From Octopus vulgaris (Eukaryota): 64,000 nucleotides of DNA. Position 1 is the first letter of the stretch. Every line of letters begins with the position of its first letter. A model generated the notes under the pieces. It made no database searches, was not told where the DNA came from, and saw nothing but the letters and a program-made list of their open reading frames with translations. Positions 26,013 to 39,635 of this stretch are shown here, in pieces. The stretch spans positions 11,098,001-11,162,000 of the forward strand of contig OX597842.1 in assembly GCA_951406725.2 (NCBI GenBank), in the 5' to 3' direction. A program made the position numbers and the translations under genes.

Positions 26013-26447
26013 ACACAGATAGAGAAATTAAGGCAAATAGGCCGGATATAGTTGTCAGAGATCACCAAGAAATATATTGCTTTCTAATCGATGTATCAAT
26101 ACCAACAGATGACAATTGTTTCTGTAAAAGAAACGGAGTAACTACAAAGACCTGGAAATAGAGGTAGAACGAATGTGGAATCTAAAAAACAGAAACAATT
26201 CCTATCATAGTAGGCGCATTAGGTATGATAAAAAATATTCAGACAAATACATAACAAAAACACGTGAACAAACAGGTATATATAACATAGAGCAAATTGC
26301 ACTACTAGGCACTGCACACATCCTACGCAGAACACTTTCCATACAATAACCATCAGAGCATCACAACAAATCACAACACATACCCAAGGCACACAGAGCT
26401 GCACTCGGTAGTGAAGTGAAAGCACACTATAAAAATAAAACTACTGA
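26013..26447 (+). mobile_element. Second 5'-truncated copy of the R4/Dong-like element, within (AAT)n
   Basis: Colinear with 3129-3572, including the 3' UTR ..gtgaagtgaaagcac.ctataaaaataaaactactgaataataat; frameshifted. Confidence 0.85.
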
Positions 26448-27031
26448 ATAATAATAATGATAACAATAATAATAATAAATGTTCTGATGCAGTACTCTGA
26501 TGCATGGGCTCTCGTGGCTTCTGATCTTAACTGATTGGAAGTGTTATCATGTACATTGTTTTGTCTTGGTATAAAAGATGGGATACAGCAAATATTCTGC
26601 TCAATACCACAGATTTGCTTGTCAGTTGTTTGGCCATAACCAGTTGAGCATGTCCCTTAGTGGCTGACGATATGTGCATCTCTGATCACGAGCAGAAGTA
26701 GTGGGGGAGCATCATAGCCATGTGTTGAGAGGGATTCTTTGGGGTTTGGATAATTCACCTCTGGAAATATGGGTGTTTCGTTCAACGTCCTTAAACAAAC
26801 CTTATTCAGGGACCTTTTGAGCGGGATGGGTTACTCGATCTGAAGAAAATTCTAACTGGGCTCCACCTGCAAGGTCATGTGCTGTTTATCTTGATATGAG
26901 ATCACCATGTCGCGCACATATGGTTGTGATGCATGTGCCTGGTGTACCCTTATCAGACGGGTAGTCATGATGGGTATACTGGGATTCGTATATTTTACCC
27001 CAGTGTCACTTTGATGGCATGCTCTGCTCTG

Positions 27032-27129
<98 letters not shown>

Positions 27130-27163
27130 TTCTGAAACAATATATTACAAAGATATCAATAAT

Positions 27164-27343
27164 AGGCGCAGGAGTGGCTGTGTGGTAAGTAGCTTGCTAA
27201 CCAACCACATGGTTCCGGGTTCAGTCCCACTGCATGGCATCTTGGGCAAGTGTCTTCTACTATAGCCCTGGGCCGACCAATGCCTTGTGAGTGGATTTGG
27301 TAGACAGAAACTGAAAGAAGCCCGTCGTATATATGTATACATA

Positions 27344-27394
<51 letters not shown>

Positions 27395-27604
27395 GTTTGT
27401 GTTTGTCACCCTAGCATTGCTTGACAACCGATGCTGGTGTGTTTACGTCCCCGTCACTTAGCGGTTCGGCAAAAGCGACCGATAGAATAAGTACTGGGCT
27501 TACAAAAGAATAAGTCCCGGGGGGTCGATTTGCTCGACTAAAAGGCGGTGCTCCAGCATGGCCGCAAGTCGAATGACTGAAACAAGTAAAAGAGTAAAAG
27601 AGTA
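27164..27604 (+). mobile_element. Full-length SINE family A
   Basis: As 21699-22105; tail (gtaaaaga)n. Confidence 0.9.
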
Positions 27605-27624
27605 ACAACAATAATAATAATAAT

Positions 27625-28014
27625 GGAATGGAAGCACTCCGTCGGTTACGACGACGAGGGTTCCGGTTGATCCGAATCAGCGGAACAGCCTGCTCGTGAA
27701 ATTAACGTGTAAGTGGCTGAGCACTCCACAGGCACGTGTACCATTCACGTAGTTTTCGGGGATATTCAGCGTGACACAGAGAGTGACAAGGCCGGCCCTT
27801 TGAAATACAGGTACAACAGAAACAGGAAGATAGAGTGAGAGAAAGTTGTGGAGAAAGAGTACAGCAGGGATCACCACCATCCCCTGCCGGAGCCTCGTGG
27901 AGCTTTTAGGTGTTTTCGCTCAATAAACACTCACAACGCCCGGTCTGGGAATCGAAACCGCGATCATATGACCGCGAGTCCGCTGCCCTAACCACTGGGC
28001 CATTGCGCGTCCAC
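27625..28014 (-). mobile_element. Full-length SINE family C (tRNA-Arg-like head)
   Basis: Reverse complement of 60703-61083; tail (ttcca)n; inserted in (AAT)n. Confidence 0.9.
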
Positions 28015-28983
28015 AATAATAATAATAACTACAACAATAACAACAACAACGCTATTAATTTTCTTTAATACCGAACACATTTTTTAGAAATTTATGGTAA
28101 TCGTTTGGTGTTTTATGTGCCAAAACTCTGCGACAAAGAAAAGACATAAATATTGGGAAAAAACATCTGAATATAATATTCGAAATTAAAAATATTGATG
28201 TGTTTTCTGAAACAATATATTACAAAGATATCAATAATATTTATCGAAATAGTGGTCTTCTTTGTATTGTGTATAATGTACATACATAGCTGAGAGGCAA
28301 GTAACTGCTGTTTTTGTCTTAGATAAAATCTCTAACAGCCGTGCTGTGCTTAAAAAGAAATCTAGCTGTAAGGCATGTAGACGTTAAATATGATACATAC
28401 GTGGCTATTGTAACGAAACACTGCTCCACTTGTGCACGATAGTGTATTTATTCAGCTCAGCGGCTGTTCGCAACGTCAGCGCTTGTGTTATACGTTGCTT
28501 TTTTATATGAGAGAGGTTACAGGGTTCGTCGAGCGATGTGGCTGCACGTACATGCCATTGGTTTCCAAGTTTTGACACAAGGCCAGCAAGTTCGGGTGAG
28601 TGGACAAATCGATTGCATCGATCTCCAGGTATTCAACGGGTGGTCATTTTATCAACCTCGGCGGAACAGAGAGCCAAAAGAAATACCGCAAAGTATTTTG
28701 ACTGGTATGCAAGAGAAAACTACCTTTAATAGGTCATTTTTACACTCTAGAAGAAGCAGTCAAAACGACCAAAAACCACATTTTAAGAACAAATTTCGAA
28801 GTCTCTTGTATTTAAATGTACACTATTTTATATTAAGAATGTTGTTTTCTATTGATTGCTTATGCATGCTACTATACTACCCTATATAATTTTACATGTA
28901 TATATGCATGTATATATACATATATGCATACATATATATATACACACATACACACATATATATATATACATACATATCTATAC

Positions 28984-29044
<61 letters not shown>

Positions 29045-29087
29045 CATACATATAGATAGATAGATAAATGTATATGTATATATTTTT

Positions 29088-29312
29088 TTCTTGTTTCAGT
29101 CAGTTGACTGCGACCATGCTGGAGCACCCCCTTTAGCCCAATAAATCACACCCAGAGCTTATTCTTTGCAAGCCTAGTACTTATTCTATAGGTCTCTTTT
29201 GACGAACCGCTAGGTTACGGTGAGGTAAACACACGAACATCGGTTGCCAAGCGATGGTGTGGGGGTTAGGGTTAGGGGACAAACAGACACAGAAATACAT
29301 ACACACACAGAC

Positions 29313-29379
<67 letters not shown>

Positions 29380-29541
29380 ACGAGCTACTTTCAGTTTCTG
29401 TCTACCAAATCTATTCACGAGGCTTTGGTCAGCCTGAGGCTATATTAAGAGACACTTGCAAAGGTGCCACACAGAGGGACTGAACCCCAAAGCATGGGGT
29501 CGGGAAGCAAGCTTCTTACCACACAGCCACCCCTGTGCCTA
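29088..29541 (-). mobile_element. SINE family A, full length, diverged
   Basis: Colinear with the family A consensus. Confidence 0.85.
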
Positions 29542-29567
29542 TATACATATATATATATATATATATA

Positions 29568-29967
29568 CAAGCAGTATCGCCCGGCGTTGCTCGGGTTTGT
29601 AGGGGAAATAACTATATAAGCATTTTTAGAGAGTTACTTCCCTTATATGATAGCAAAAAATGCATTAAAAATGGAAATAAATTATGGTAATTTTTTTTTA
29701 AATCGTAGACTCATCGTAGACATTTTTAGAGAGTTACTTCCCTTATATAATAGCAAAAAAATGCATTAAAATGGAAAAAAATGATGTTAAATATTTTTTA
29801 AATCGTAGACTCATCGTAGATGCGCGCTAATACACAGAACGCCTCGATATGAATCACGACTATAAGATACCCGGTTTTGGTTAAACTGCACCGCAAAATG
29901 TGGGAGTAGTTAGGAATCTAAATCGTAGGAGACAGACACCACACAAATTTTCTTTTATATATATAGA
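29568..29967 (-). mobile_element. Non-autonomous Helitron, family 2 (two internal ~100-bp subrepeats)
   Basis: Same terminal hairpin gtatcgcccggcgttgctcggg and ttttatatatataga end as the 1-1486 units; paralogs at 41583 and 59175. Confidence 0.75.
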
Positions 29968-30432
29968 TATATTTGTGTATGTGTGTGTGTTTATACCTAC
30001 ATATATACATATATATATATAGTCGATTTAAATAAACAATAAAAAAACAGTAAAACCTGGAAATAACGAACGTGAGGATTACACGGGAAAGTTCAAAGAG
30101 AAGTAAGGAAAAATAAGGAAAAAAGAGCCAACATTCCACGTGCGGTTACATTTCTGAAGTGACCGGAAGGAGAAAGAGGTTTCTGGGACAGGAGGATGTG
30201 AAAATGTTCGGTAAGTGTGTGTGTGGCAACGCATGTGTATGTGTGACATATATACATACATATATATATATATATGAGGGCAGCTGCATCGAACTCTCAT
30301 GCACCAAATGGCAATTGCTAAAAAGCATTCGTGAAGTAAAATCATGAAGCAACACCGAATGGCGTTGCCCCAGCATGGCCACAGCTCGTGAGCTGAAACT
30401 AGATAAAATAAAAAATAAAAAATATAAATAAA

Positions 30433-30600
30433 TACGGGCTTCTTTCAGTTTCCCTCAACAAAATCCATTCTCAAGGCCTTGGTCGGGGTCAGCCCAGGGC
30501 TATAGTAGAAGACATTGCTCGTGGTATTGCGTAGTGGTACTGAACCGGAAACCACGCGATTGCGAAGCGAACTATCTGGCCACACATACATAACTGCACC
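30433..30600 (-). mobile_element. SINE family A head, diverged
   Basis: acgggcttctttcagtttcc..ggctatagtagaagaca..actgaaccggaaacca. Confidence 0.7.
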
Positions 30601-31166
30601 CCGTCTGCAAGGGAAGTTATTTCCGACCAAGCCTCTGTACCTTACCTGCTACACATGTATACACACTGAAGACATAAAGGTGAGCATTCTTATTTAATAT
30701 CGCTTCAATTGTGCAAACTCATTAAAACAAGTAGTAATTTTACTAACAACTTCTCCGAAGATGGCCACACGCACGGACTGAAAAGAGTGACGTAACACCA
30801 TATAGACACATCAGGCATTATAGTCTCCTCTATTCACAGCAAGACGCAGAGAGAAACACGTAAATAACAGCAGGATAAGAATATATTCGCTTAATGGATT
30901 TTTAAATGAGGAATCTTGCCACGAAATCTAAAGATATTCCGAAACGAACACGCAGAAACACACAGACACATACACACACACACACACACACAGTTATGCA
31001 CACTACGCACACACGTATGGGTGTATACATTTATAGAGGTGGATGTATGATTTTGAGTATGTATACAGATTGATGTATTTTAAACATATACTTGTGCATA
31101 CACACACATACGTATACATATATTCCTATATATATATTAAATATATATATGAGTATATATACTGAG

Positions 31167-31236
<70 letters not shown>

Positions 31237-31245
31237 ACATACAAG

Positions 31246-31277
<32 letters not shown>

Positions 31278-31414
31278 CACAGACACATATAACGTTTCAA
31301 ATTCATGCACACACGCGTACTTAATACACACAGGCAGAGACTCAGCGCCGTCGCTATCATCACATCCAGCACCAATGCAAGCACCACAGTAGGAAAGAAT
31401 ATTTGTTTCATCTA

Positions 31415-31777
31415 GGCAAAATGCTCAGCGGTATTTCCTCTGCCGCTACGTTCTGAGTTCAAATTCCGCCGAGGTCGACTTTGCCTTTCATCCTTTCGGG
31501 GTCGATAAATTAAGTACCAGTTACGCACTGGGGTCGATATAATCGAGTTAATCCGTTTGTCTGTCCTTGTTTGTCCCCTCTGTGTTTAGCCCCTTGTGGG
31601 TAGTAAAGAAATAGGTATTTCGTCTGCCGCTACGTTCTGAGTTCAAATTCCGCCGAGGGTGATGTTATATTTCATCCTTTCAGGGTCGATAAATTAAGTA
31701 CCAGTTGCGTACTGGAGTCGATCTAATCCACTGCCCCCTCCCCTCAAAATTTTGAGCCTTGTGCCTAGAGTAGAAAA
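31415..31777 (+). mobile_element. SINE family B with 2 tandem units
   Basis: gagttcaaattccgccgagg..tttcatccttt..gggtcgataaattaagtaccag occurs twice; the internal and terminal tails differ. Confidence 0.85.
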
Positions 31778-32712
31778 CAGTATTTTACACAAATACTACT
31801 ACTTCTACCACTACTACAGGTTGTGCCTCTCCTACCATGAGCACCACCTCCAACAATGTTACTATTACCTATACTATAATCGCAACACTCATCTCCGAGT
31901 TTCTGAGAGTTTTAATTCCTTAAGAAAATATTCTTTTCTTCCTTAACAGGTAATTCCAAATAAACTTTTTCTTTCTTATTCTTTTTATTTATTTCATTCA
32001 TTGGAGTGCGGCCAAGCTGGAGCACCGCCTTTTAGTCGAACAACCCGATTCCAGAACCTATTGTTTGTAAGCCTATACACACATACATATATATATACAT
32101 ACATGTATATGTATATATATATATATGAATTTATTATAATAATAATATTAGGGAGTATAACTCTAAACTTACAGGAAAAATTCAATTTAGTACTAAATCA
32201 AATATATATATATATAAATTAATAAATAAAACATATGCATATATACATACATATATGTACGTACCTACCTCTATATGTATACATACACGCATATATGGGT
32301 ACACACACCAAAAAAACGTCGAACACAATTAGAAACGAAAACATAAACACAAAACCAAGGGACTGGACATTTTTCTTAAACAACGGAAAGAGAGAGTACA
32401 GGACAAACAACACAAGAAAAATTCCCCTTCTTCAGTCGCCATGGTTTCATCTACTCTGCGTTTCGAAGGTGAAGGCGATACGCATCTTCGATAGAAACTT
32501 TCCTTCCCGCGAAAAGCAAATTAAATAAAATTTGAGATCTTTTTGCGGAGGGGGAAAAATGGTAACAAAAACAGGACAGTAACGACAGTACAAAATATAA
32601 GCAGTAAAAGACAGGACAAGGAGAATAACAAGACAAGAAGGGCTGTTAAGCCGAACGCGAAAAACATATATATATATATATATACATACATATATATATA
32701 TATTTATATATG

Positions 32713-32769
<57 letters not shown>

Positions 32770-32786
32770 TATATATATATATATAT

Positions 32787-32868
<82 letters not shown>

Positions 32869-33034
32869 ATTAGAGAAAAACCACTATTATGTAATTCAAA
32901 CAATGATAGGCGTAAATCACACCATGCAGAAAAATATAATATATGATAAAACATTTACCTAGATCACAATAAAGTACATAAGAATAAATAAATAAATAAT
33001 AAATAACTAATAAATAAACAGTATATAATTAGTA

Positions 33035-33150
33035 AATAGACTATGTACGTTTCGTGGCTGTATCTTCGATTCGAATTACAACTATATTTAAATTTAATCG
33101 ATCCAAAAATCATTCAATTTAAAAGTATAGTCACTCCTCAGGTGAACAAC
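33035..33150 (-). ncRNA. Hammerhead-like motif with long stem/loop II
   Basis: Minus strand: ac-CTGAGGA-gtgactata[long AT-rich]tacagccac-GAAA-cgtaca-TA-gt. Stem III is one change from the palindrome cgtacg; stem I is weak. Confidence 0.45.
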
Positions 33151-33345
33151 AATAACAATAATAGTTAAATAAATAAATATTTCAAATAAAAACATGAAAC
33201 TTCATGTTTTTATTTCTTTAAAAAATATTGTTTAATTCTGATATTGTCATTTTAAAAAGCATCCCTGGCTGATCATTCTGTGGTTGTTGGTGTTTGTTTG
33301 GCAGAGGTTTGCACACTCTGGGCGCCCTTGTTTTTCTTTTTGTTG

Positions 33346-33445
<100 letters not shown>

Positions 33446-33456
33446 TATAATAATTA

Positions 33457-33650
33457 AGGTGGCGAGCTGGTAGAATCGTTAGCACTCCCGGTGGAATGCT
33501 TAGCTGTATTGCGTCTGTCTCCACGTTATGAGTTCAAATTCCGCCGAGTTCGACTTTGCCTTTCATCCTTTCGGAATCGACAAAAATAAGTACCAGTCGA
33601 CTACTGGGGTCGATTTAATCGCCTTAGTCCCTCCTCACACATTTTCAGGA
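33457..33650 (+). mobile_element. SINE family B monomer, diverged
   Basis: aaggtggcgagctggtagaatcgttagcac..gagttcaaattccgccgag.tcgactttgcctttcatcctttcgg. Confidence 0.8.
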
Positions 33651-34183
33651 ACGTCCATATTGCCAACATCACCACCACCACCACCAGCACACTACTACTT
33701 CTACAATTATCACCACCACCATCACCACAACTACGACTACAACTACAGCCTACACTACTAAGACTACTACTGTTGCAACTACAACTACTACTACCACTAC
33801 TACTACTACAGCCTTTTCATCTATTTCCACTATTACTACTACCACTACCACCACTACTACTACAAATAATACTATTAGTACTACTACTACTACCATTAGT
33901 ACTACTACTCTGCTACTACTCCTATTCCTACTACCACTACTACTATCAGTACTACTACTAGTAATAATTCTGCTACTACTACTACTAGTACCACTACTAC
34001 TACCACTACCACCACTACTACTAATACTTTTCTTCTACTATCACTACTAATACTACTACCATTAGTACTACTACCACCACTACTGGTACTACTAGTAGTA
34101 CTATTACTAGTTCTACCACTACCACTACTACAATTATTTCTTCTAATACTAAAACTACTGCTACTACTATTACCACTACTACT

Positions 34184-37100
34184 GTGGAGGCGCAATGGCC
34201 CAGTGGTTAGGGCAGCGGACTCGCGGTCATAGGATCGCGGTTTCGATTCCCAGACCGGGCGATGTGAGTGTTTATTGAGCGAAAATACCTAAAGCTCCAC
34301 GAGGTTCCGGCAGGGGTTGGTGGTGATCCCTGCTGTACTCTTTCACCACAACCTTCTCTCACTCTTACTTCCTGTTTCTGTTGTACCTGTATTTCAAAGG
34401 GCCGGCCTTGTCACTCTCTGTGTCACGCTGAATATCCCCGAGAACTACGTTAAGGGTACACGTGTCTGTGGAGTGCTCAGCCACTTACACGTTAATTTCA
34501 CGAGCAGGCTGTTCCGTTGATTCGGATCAACCGGAACCCTCATCGTCGTAACTGATGGAGTGCTCCTGCAGGGGGTGGTGGTGATCCCTGCTGTACTCTT
34601 TCACCACAACTTTCTCTCACTCTTACTTCCTGTTTCTGTTGTACCTGTATTTCAAGGGGCCGGCCTTGTCACTCTCTGTGTCACGCTGAATATCCCCGAG
34701 AACTACGTTAAGGGTACACGTGTCTGTGGAGTGCTCAGCCAATTACACGTTAATTTCACGAGCAGGCTGTTCCGTTGATTCAGATCAACCGGAACCCTCA
34801 TCGTCGTAACTGACGGAGTGCTCCTGCAGGGGGTGGTGGTGATCCCTGCTGTACTCTTTCACCACAACTTTCTCTCACTCTTACTTCCTGTTTCTGTTGT
34901 ACCTGTATTTCAAAGGGCCGGCCTTGTCACTCTCTGTGTCACGCTGAATATCCCCGAGAACTACGTTAAGGGTACACGTGTCTGTGGAGTGCTCAGCCAC
35001 TTACACGTTAATTTCACGAGCAGGCTGTTCCGTTGATTCGGATCAACCGGAACCCTCATCGTCGTAACTGACGGAGTGCTCCTGCAGGGGGTGGTGGTGA
35101 TCCCTGCTGTACTCTTTCACCACAACTTTCTCTCACTCTTACTTCCTGTTTCTGTTGTACCTGTATTTCAAGGGGCCGGCCTTGTCACTCTCTGTGTCAC
35201 GCTGAATATCCCCGAGAACTACGTTAAGGGTACACGTGTCTGTGGAGTGCTCAGCCACTTACACGTTAATTTCACGAGCAGGCTGTTCCGTTGATTCAGA
35301 TCAACCGGAACCCTCATCGTCGTAACCGACGGAGTGCTCCAGCAGGGGATGGTGGTGATCCCTGCTGTACTCTTTCACCACAACTTTCTCTCACTCTTAC
35401 TTCCTGTTTCTGTTGTACCTGTATTTCAAGGGACCGGCCTTGTCACTCTCTGTGTCACGCTGAATATCCCCGAGAACTACGTTAAGGGTACACGTGTCTG
35501 TGGAGTGCTCAGCCACTTACACGTTAATTTCACGAGCAGGCTGTTCCGTTGATTCGGATCAACCGGAACCCTCATCGTCGTAACTGACGGAGTGCTCCTG
35601 CAGGGGATTGGTGGTGATCCCTGCTGTACTCTTTCACCACAACTTTCTCTCACTCTTACTTCCTGTTTCTGTTGTACCTGTATTTCAAAGGGCCGGCCTT
35701 GTCACTCTCTGTGTCACGCTGAATATCCCCGAGAACTACGTTAAGGGTACACGTGTCTGTGGAGTGCTCAGCCACTTACACGTTAATTTCACGAGCAGGC
35801 TGTTCCGTTGATTCGGATCAACCGGAACCCTCGTCGTCGTAACTGACGGAGTGCTCCTGCAGGGCGTGGTGGTGATCCCTGCTGTACTCTTTCACCACAA
35901 CTTTCTCTCACTCTTACTTCCTGTTTCTGTTGTACCTGTATTTCAAGGGGCCGGCCTTGTCACTCTCTGTGTCACGCTGAATATCCCCGAGAACTACGTT
36001 AAGGGTACACGTGTCTGTGGAGTGCTCAGCCACTTACACGTTAATTTCACGAGCAGGCTGTTCCGTTGATTCGGATCAACCGGAACCCTCATCGTCGTAA
36101 CCGACGGAGTGCTCCTGCAGGGGATGGTGGTGATCCCTGCTGTACTCTTTCACCACAACTTTCTCTCACTCTTACTTCCTGTTTCTGTTGTACCTGTATT
36201 TCAAGGGACCGGCCTTGTCACTCTCTGTGTCACGCTGAATATCCCCGAGAACTACGTTAAGGGTACACGTGTCTGTGGAGTGCTCAGCCACTTACACGTT
36301 AATTTCACGAGCAGGCTGTTCCGTTGATTCGGATCAACCGGAACCCTCATCGTCGTAACCGACGGAGTGCTCCTGCAGGGGATTGTGGTGATCCCTGCTG
36401 TACTCTTTCACCACAACATTCTCTCACTCTTACTTCCTGTTTCTGTTGTACCTGTATTTCAAAGGGCCGGCCTTGTCACTCTCTGTGTCACGCTGAATAT
36501 CCCCGAGAACTACGTTAAGGGTACACGTGTCTGTGGAGTGCTCAGCCACTTACACGTTAATTTCACGAGCAGGCTGTTCCGTTGATTCGGATCAACCGGA
36601 ACCCTCATCGTCGTAACCGACGGAGTGCTCCTGCAGGGCGTGGTGGTGATCCCTGCTGTACTCTTTCACCACAACTTTCTCTCACTCTTACTTCCTGTTT
36701 CTGTTGTACCTGTATTTCAAAGGGCCGGCCTTGTCACTCTCTGTGTCACGCTGAATATCCCCGAGAACTACGTTAAGGGTACACGTGTCTGTGGAGTGCT
36801 CAGCCACTTACACGTTAATTTCACGAGCAGGCTGTTCCGTTGATTCGGATCAACCTGGAACCCTCATCGTCGTAACCGACGGAGTGCTCCTGCAGGGGGT
36901 GGTGGTGATCCCTGCTGTACTCTTTCACCACAACTTTCTCTCACTCTTACTTCCTGTTTCTGTTGTACCTGTATTTCAAAGGGGCCGGCCTTGTCACTCT
37001 CTGTGTCACGCTGAATATCCCCGAGAACTACGTTAAGGGTACACGTGTCTGTGGAGTGCTCAGCCACTTACACGTTAATTTCACGAGCAGGCTGTTCCGT

Positions 37101-38445
37101 TGATTCGGATCAACCGGAATCCTCATCGTCGTAACTGACGGAGTGCTCCTGCAGGGGGTGGTGGTGATCCCTGCTGTACTCTTTCACCACAACTTTCTCT
37201 CACTCTTACTTCCTGTTTCTGTTGTACCTGTATTTCAAGGGGCCGGCCTTGTCACTCTCTGTGTCACGCTGAATATCCCCGAGAACTACGTTAAGGGTAC
37301 ACGTGTCTGTGGAGTGCTCAGCCACTTACACGTTAATTTCACGAGCAGGCTGTTCCGTTGATTCGGATCAACCGGAACCCTCATCGTCGTAACCGACGGA
37401 GTGCTCCTGCAGGGGATGGTGGTGATCCCTGCTGTACTCTTTCACCACAACTTTCTCTCACTCTTACTTCCTGTTTCTGTTGTACCTGTATTTCAAAGGG
37501 CCGGCCTTGTCACTCTCTGTGTCACGCTGAATATCCCCGGGAACTACGTTAAGGGTACACGTGTCTGTGGAGTGCTCAGCCACTTACACGTTAATTTCAC
37601 GAGCAGGCTGTTCCGTTGATTCGGATCAACCGGAATCCTCATCGTCGTAACTGATGGAGTGCTCCTGCAGGGGGTGGTGGTGATCCCTGCTGTACTCTTT
37701 CACCACAACTTTCTCTCACTCTTACTTCCTGTTTCTGTTGTACCTGTATTTCAAAGGGGCCGGCCTTGTCACTCTCTGTGTCACGCTGAATATCCCCGAG
37801 AACTACGTTAAGGGTACACGTGTCTGTGGAGTGCTCAGCCACTTACACGTTAATTTCACGAGCAGGCTGTTCCGTTGATTCGGATCAACCAGAACCCTCG
37901 TCGTCGTAACTGACGGAGTGCTCCTGCAGGGGGTGGTGGTGATCCCTGCTGTACTCTTTCACCACAACTTTCTCTCACTCTTACTTCCTGTTTCTGTTGT
38001 ACCTGTATTTCAAAGGGCCGGCCTTGTCCCTCTCTGTGTCACGCTGAATATCCCCGGGAACTACGTTAAGGGTACACGTGTCTGTGGAGTGCTCAGCCAC
38101 TTACACGTTAATTTCACGAGCAGTCTGTTCCGTTGATTCGGATCAACCGGAACCCTCGTCGTCGTAACCGACGGAGTGCTCCTGCAGGGGATGGTGGTGA
38201 TCCCTGCTGTACTCTTTCACCACAACTTTCTCTCACTCTTTCTTCCTGTTTCTGTTGTAGCTGTATTTCAAGGGGCCGGCCTTGTCACTCTCTGTGTCAC
38301 GCTGAATATCCCCGAGAACTACGTTAAGGGTACACGTGTCTGTGGAGTACTCAGCCACTTACTTACACGTTAATTTCACGAGCAGGCTGTTCCGTTGATC
38401 GGATCAACCGGAACCCTCGTCGTCGTAACCGACGGAGTGCTTCCA
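34184..38445 (+). repeat. SINE family C with its ~258-bp body tandemly amplified 16 times
   Basis: One tRNA-like head (tggcccagtgg..gtttcgattcc) at 34184 and 15 junctions gtgctcc.gcaggg at 34560, 34818 ... 38176. Normal tail ggagtgcttcca. Embedded in a (CTA)n tract with ccactactact on both sides. Confidence 0.95.
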
Positions 38446-39149
38446 CTACTACTACCACTACCACTACTACTACAACTACCACTACTGCTACTACTAGTAC
38501 TACTACTACTACTACCACTATCACCACTACTACTACTACTACTACCATTACTACTACCACAACTACTAGTACCACTACTAATACTACTACCACTACCACC
38601 ACTACTAATACTGTTTCTACTACTACCACAACTACTACCACAACTACTACTACTACTAATACCACTACCACCACTACTACAGTTTTTACATCTACCAACA
38701 CTACTAGTACTACTACAAATTCTCTGCAAACAAGAAGCAAGAAGCTAAAGGATGCAGCTGAAGACGATTGGAAAGAGAGAGAGAAGGAGAGAGAGGGAGA
38801 GAGGGAGGGAGAGAGAGAGAGAGAGAGGGGAGAGAGAGAGAGAGATCAATGAAATCGATCGGTGTCATCAATATGTCTTTTTATCTTTTATCACTCTCAG
38901 TGATGCTGAGTGATTCACCGGTTGAAAGAGCGTTCGTCGAATGTATCGACCCAAAACACTCATAAATTTTAAACCTGGTACATATTCTATCGGTGTGTTT
39001 TGCCGATCTGCTAAGTCGCAGGGACGTTAGCGCACCAACACCATTTTTAAAGCGGTGGAATTGCGGGGAGGGCAAACATACACATACACATACATATATA
39101 TATGTATACATACACAGATACACATACACCAAGACACACACATATATAT

Positions 39150-39635
39150 ACGCGTAGGAGTGGCTGTGGGGTAAGTAGCTTTCTAACCAACCACATGGTT
39201 CCGGGTTCAGTCCCACTGCGTGGCATCTTGGGCAAGTGTCTTCTACTATAGCCTCAGGCCAACCAAAGCCTTGTGAGTGGATTTGGTAGACGGAAACTGA
39301 AAGAAGCCCATCATATATCTATAGAGGCATAGGAGTGGCTGTGTGGTAAGTAGCTTCCTTACCAACCACATGGTTCCGGGTTCAGTCCCACTGCGTGGCA
39401 TCTTGGGCGAGTGTCTTCTACTATTGCCTCAGGCCAACCAAAGCCTTGTGAGTGGATTTGGTAGACGGAAACTGAAAGAAGCCCATCATATATATATATA
39501 GGCATAGGAGTGGCTGTGTGGTAAGTAGCTTCCTTACCAACCACATGGTTCCGGGTTCAGTCCCACTGCGTGGCATCTTGGGCAAGTGTCTTCTACTATA
39601 GCCTCGGATCAACCAAAGCCTTGTGAGTGGATTTA
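39150..39635 (+). mobile_element. SINE family A, three tandem head units without tail
   Basis: aggagtggctgtg.ggtaagtagctt at ~39156, 39331 and 39506. Confidence 0.9.

Noticed and set aside
32380-32500. CTGAAGA and CTATCGA..GAAA motifs on the minus strand in a TA-flanked island
   Set aside because: Could not build consistent stems I-III by eye; at best highly decayed.
34184-34262. tRNA-Arg gene
   Set aside because: tRNA-like SINE head: A/B boxes are present but there is no proper acceptor stem, and it is followed by the SINE body in all three copies.
34310-38445. CRISPR-like array, or tandem 72-aa gene cluster
   Set aside because: No unique spacers and no cas genes. The units are the SINE C body; the ORFs start at non-ATG codons and are broken by indels in some units.
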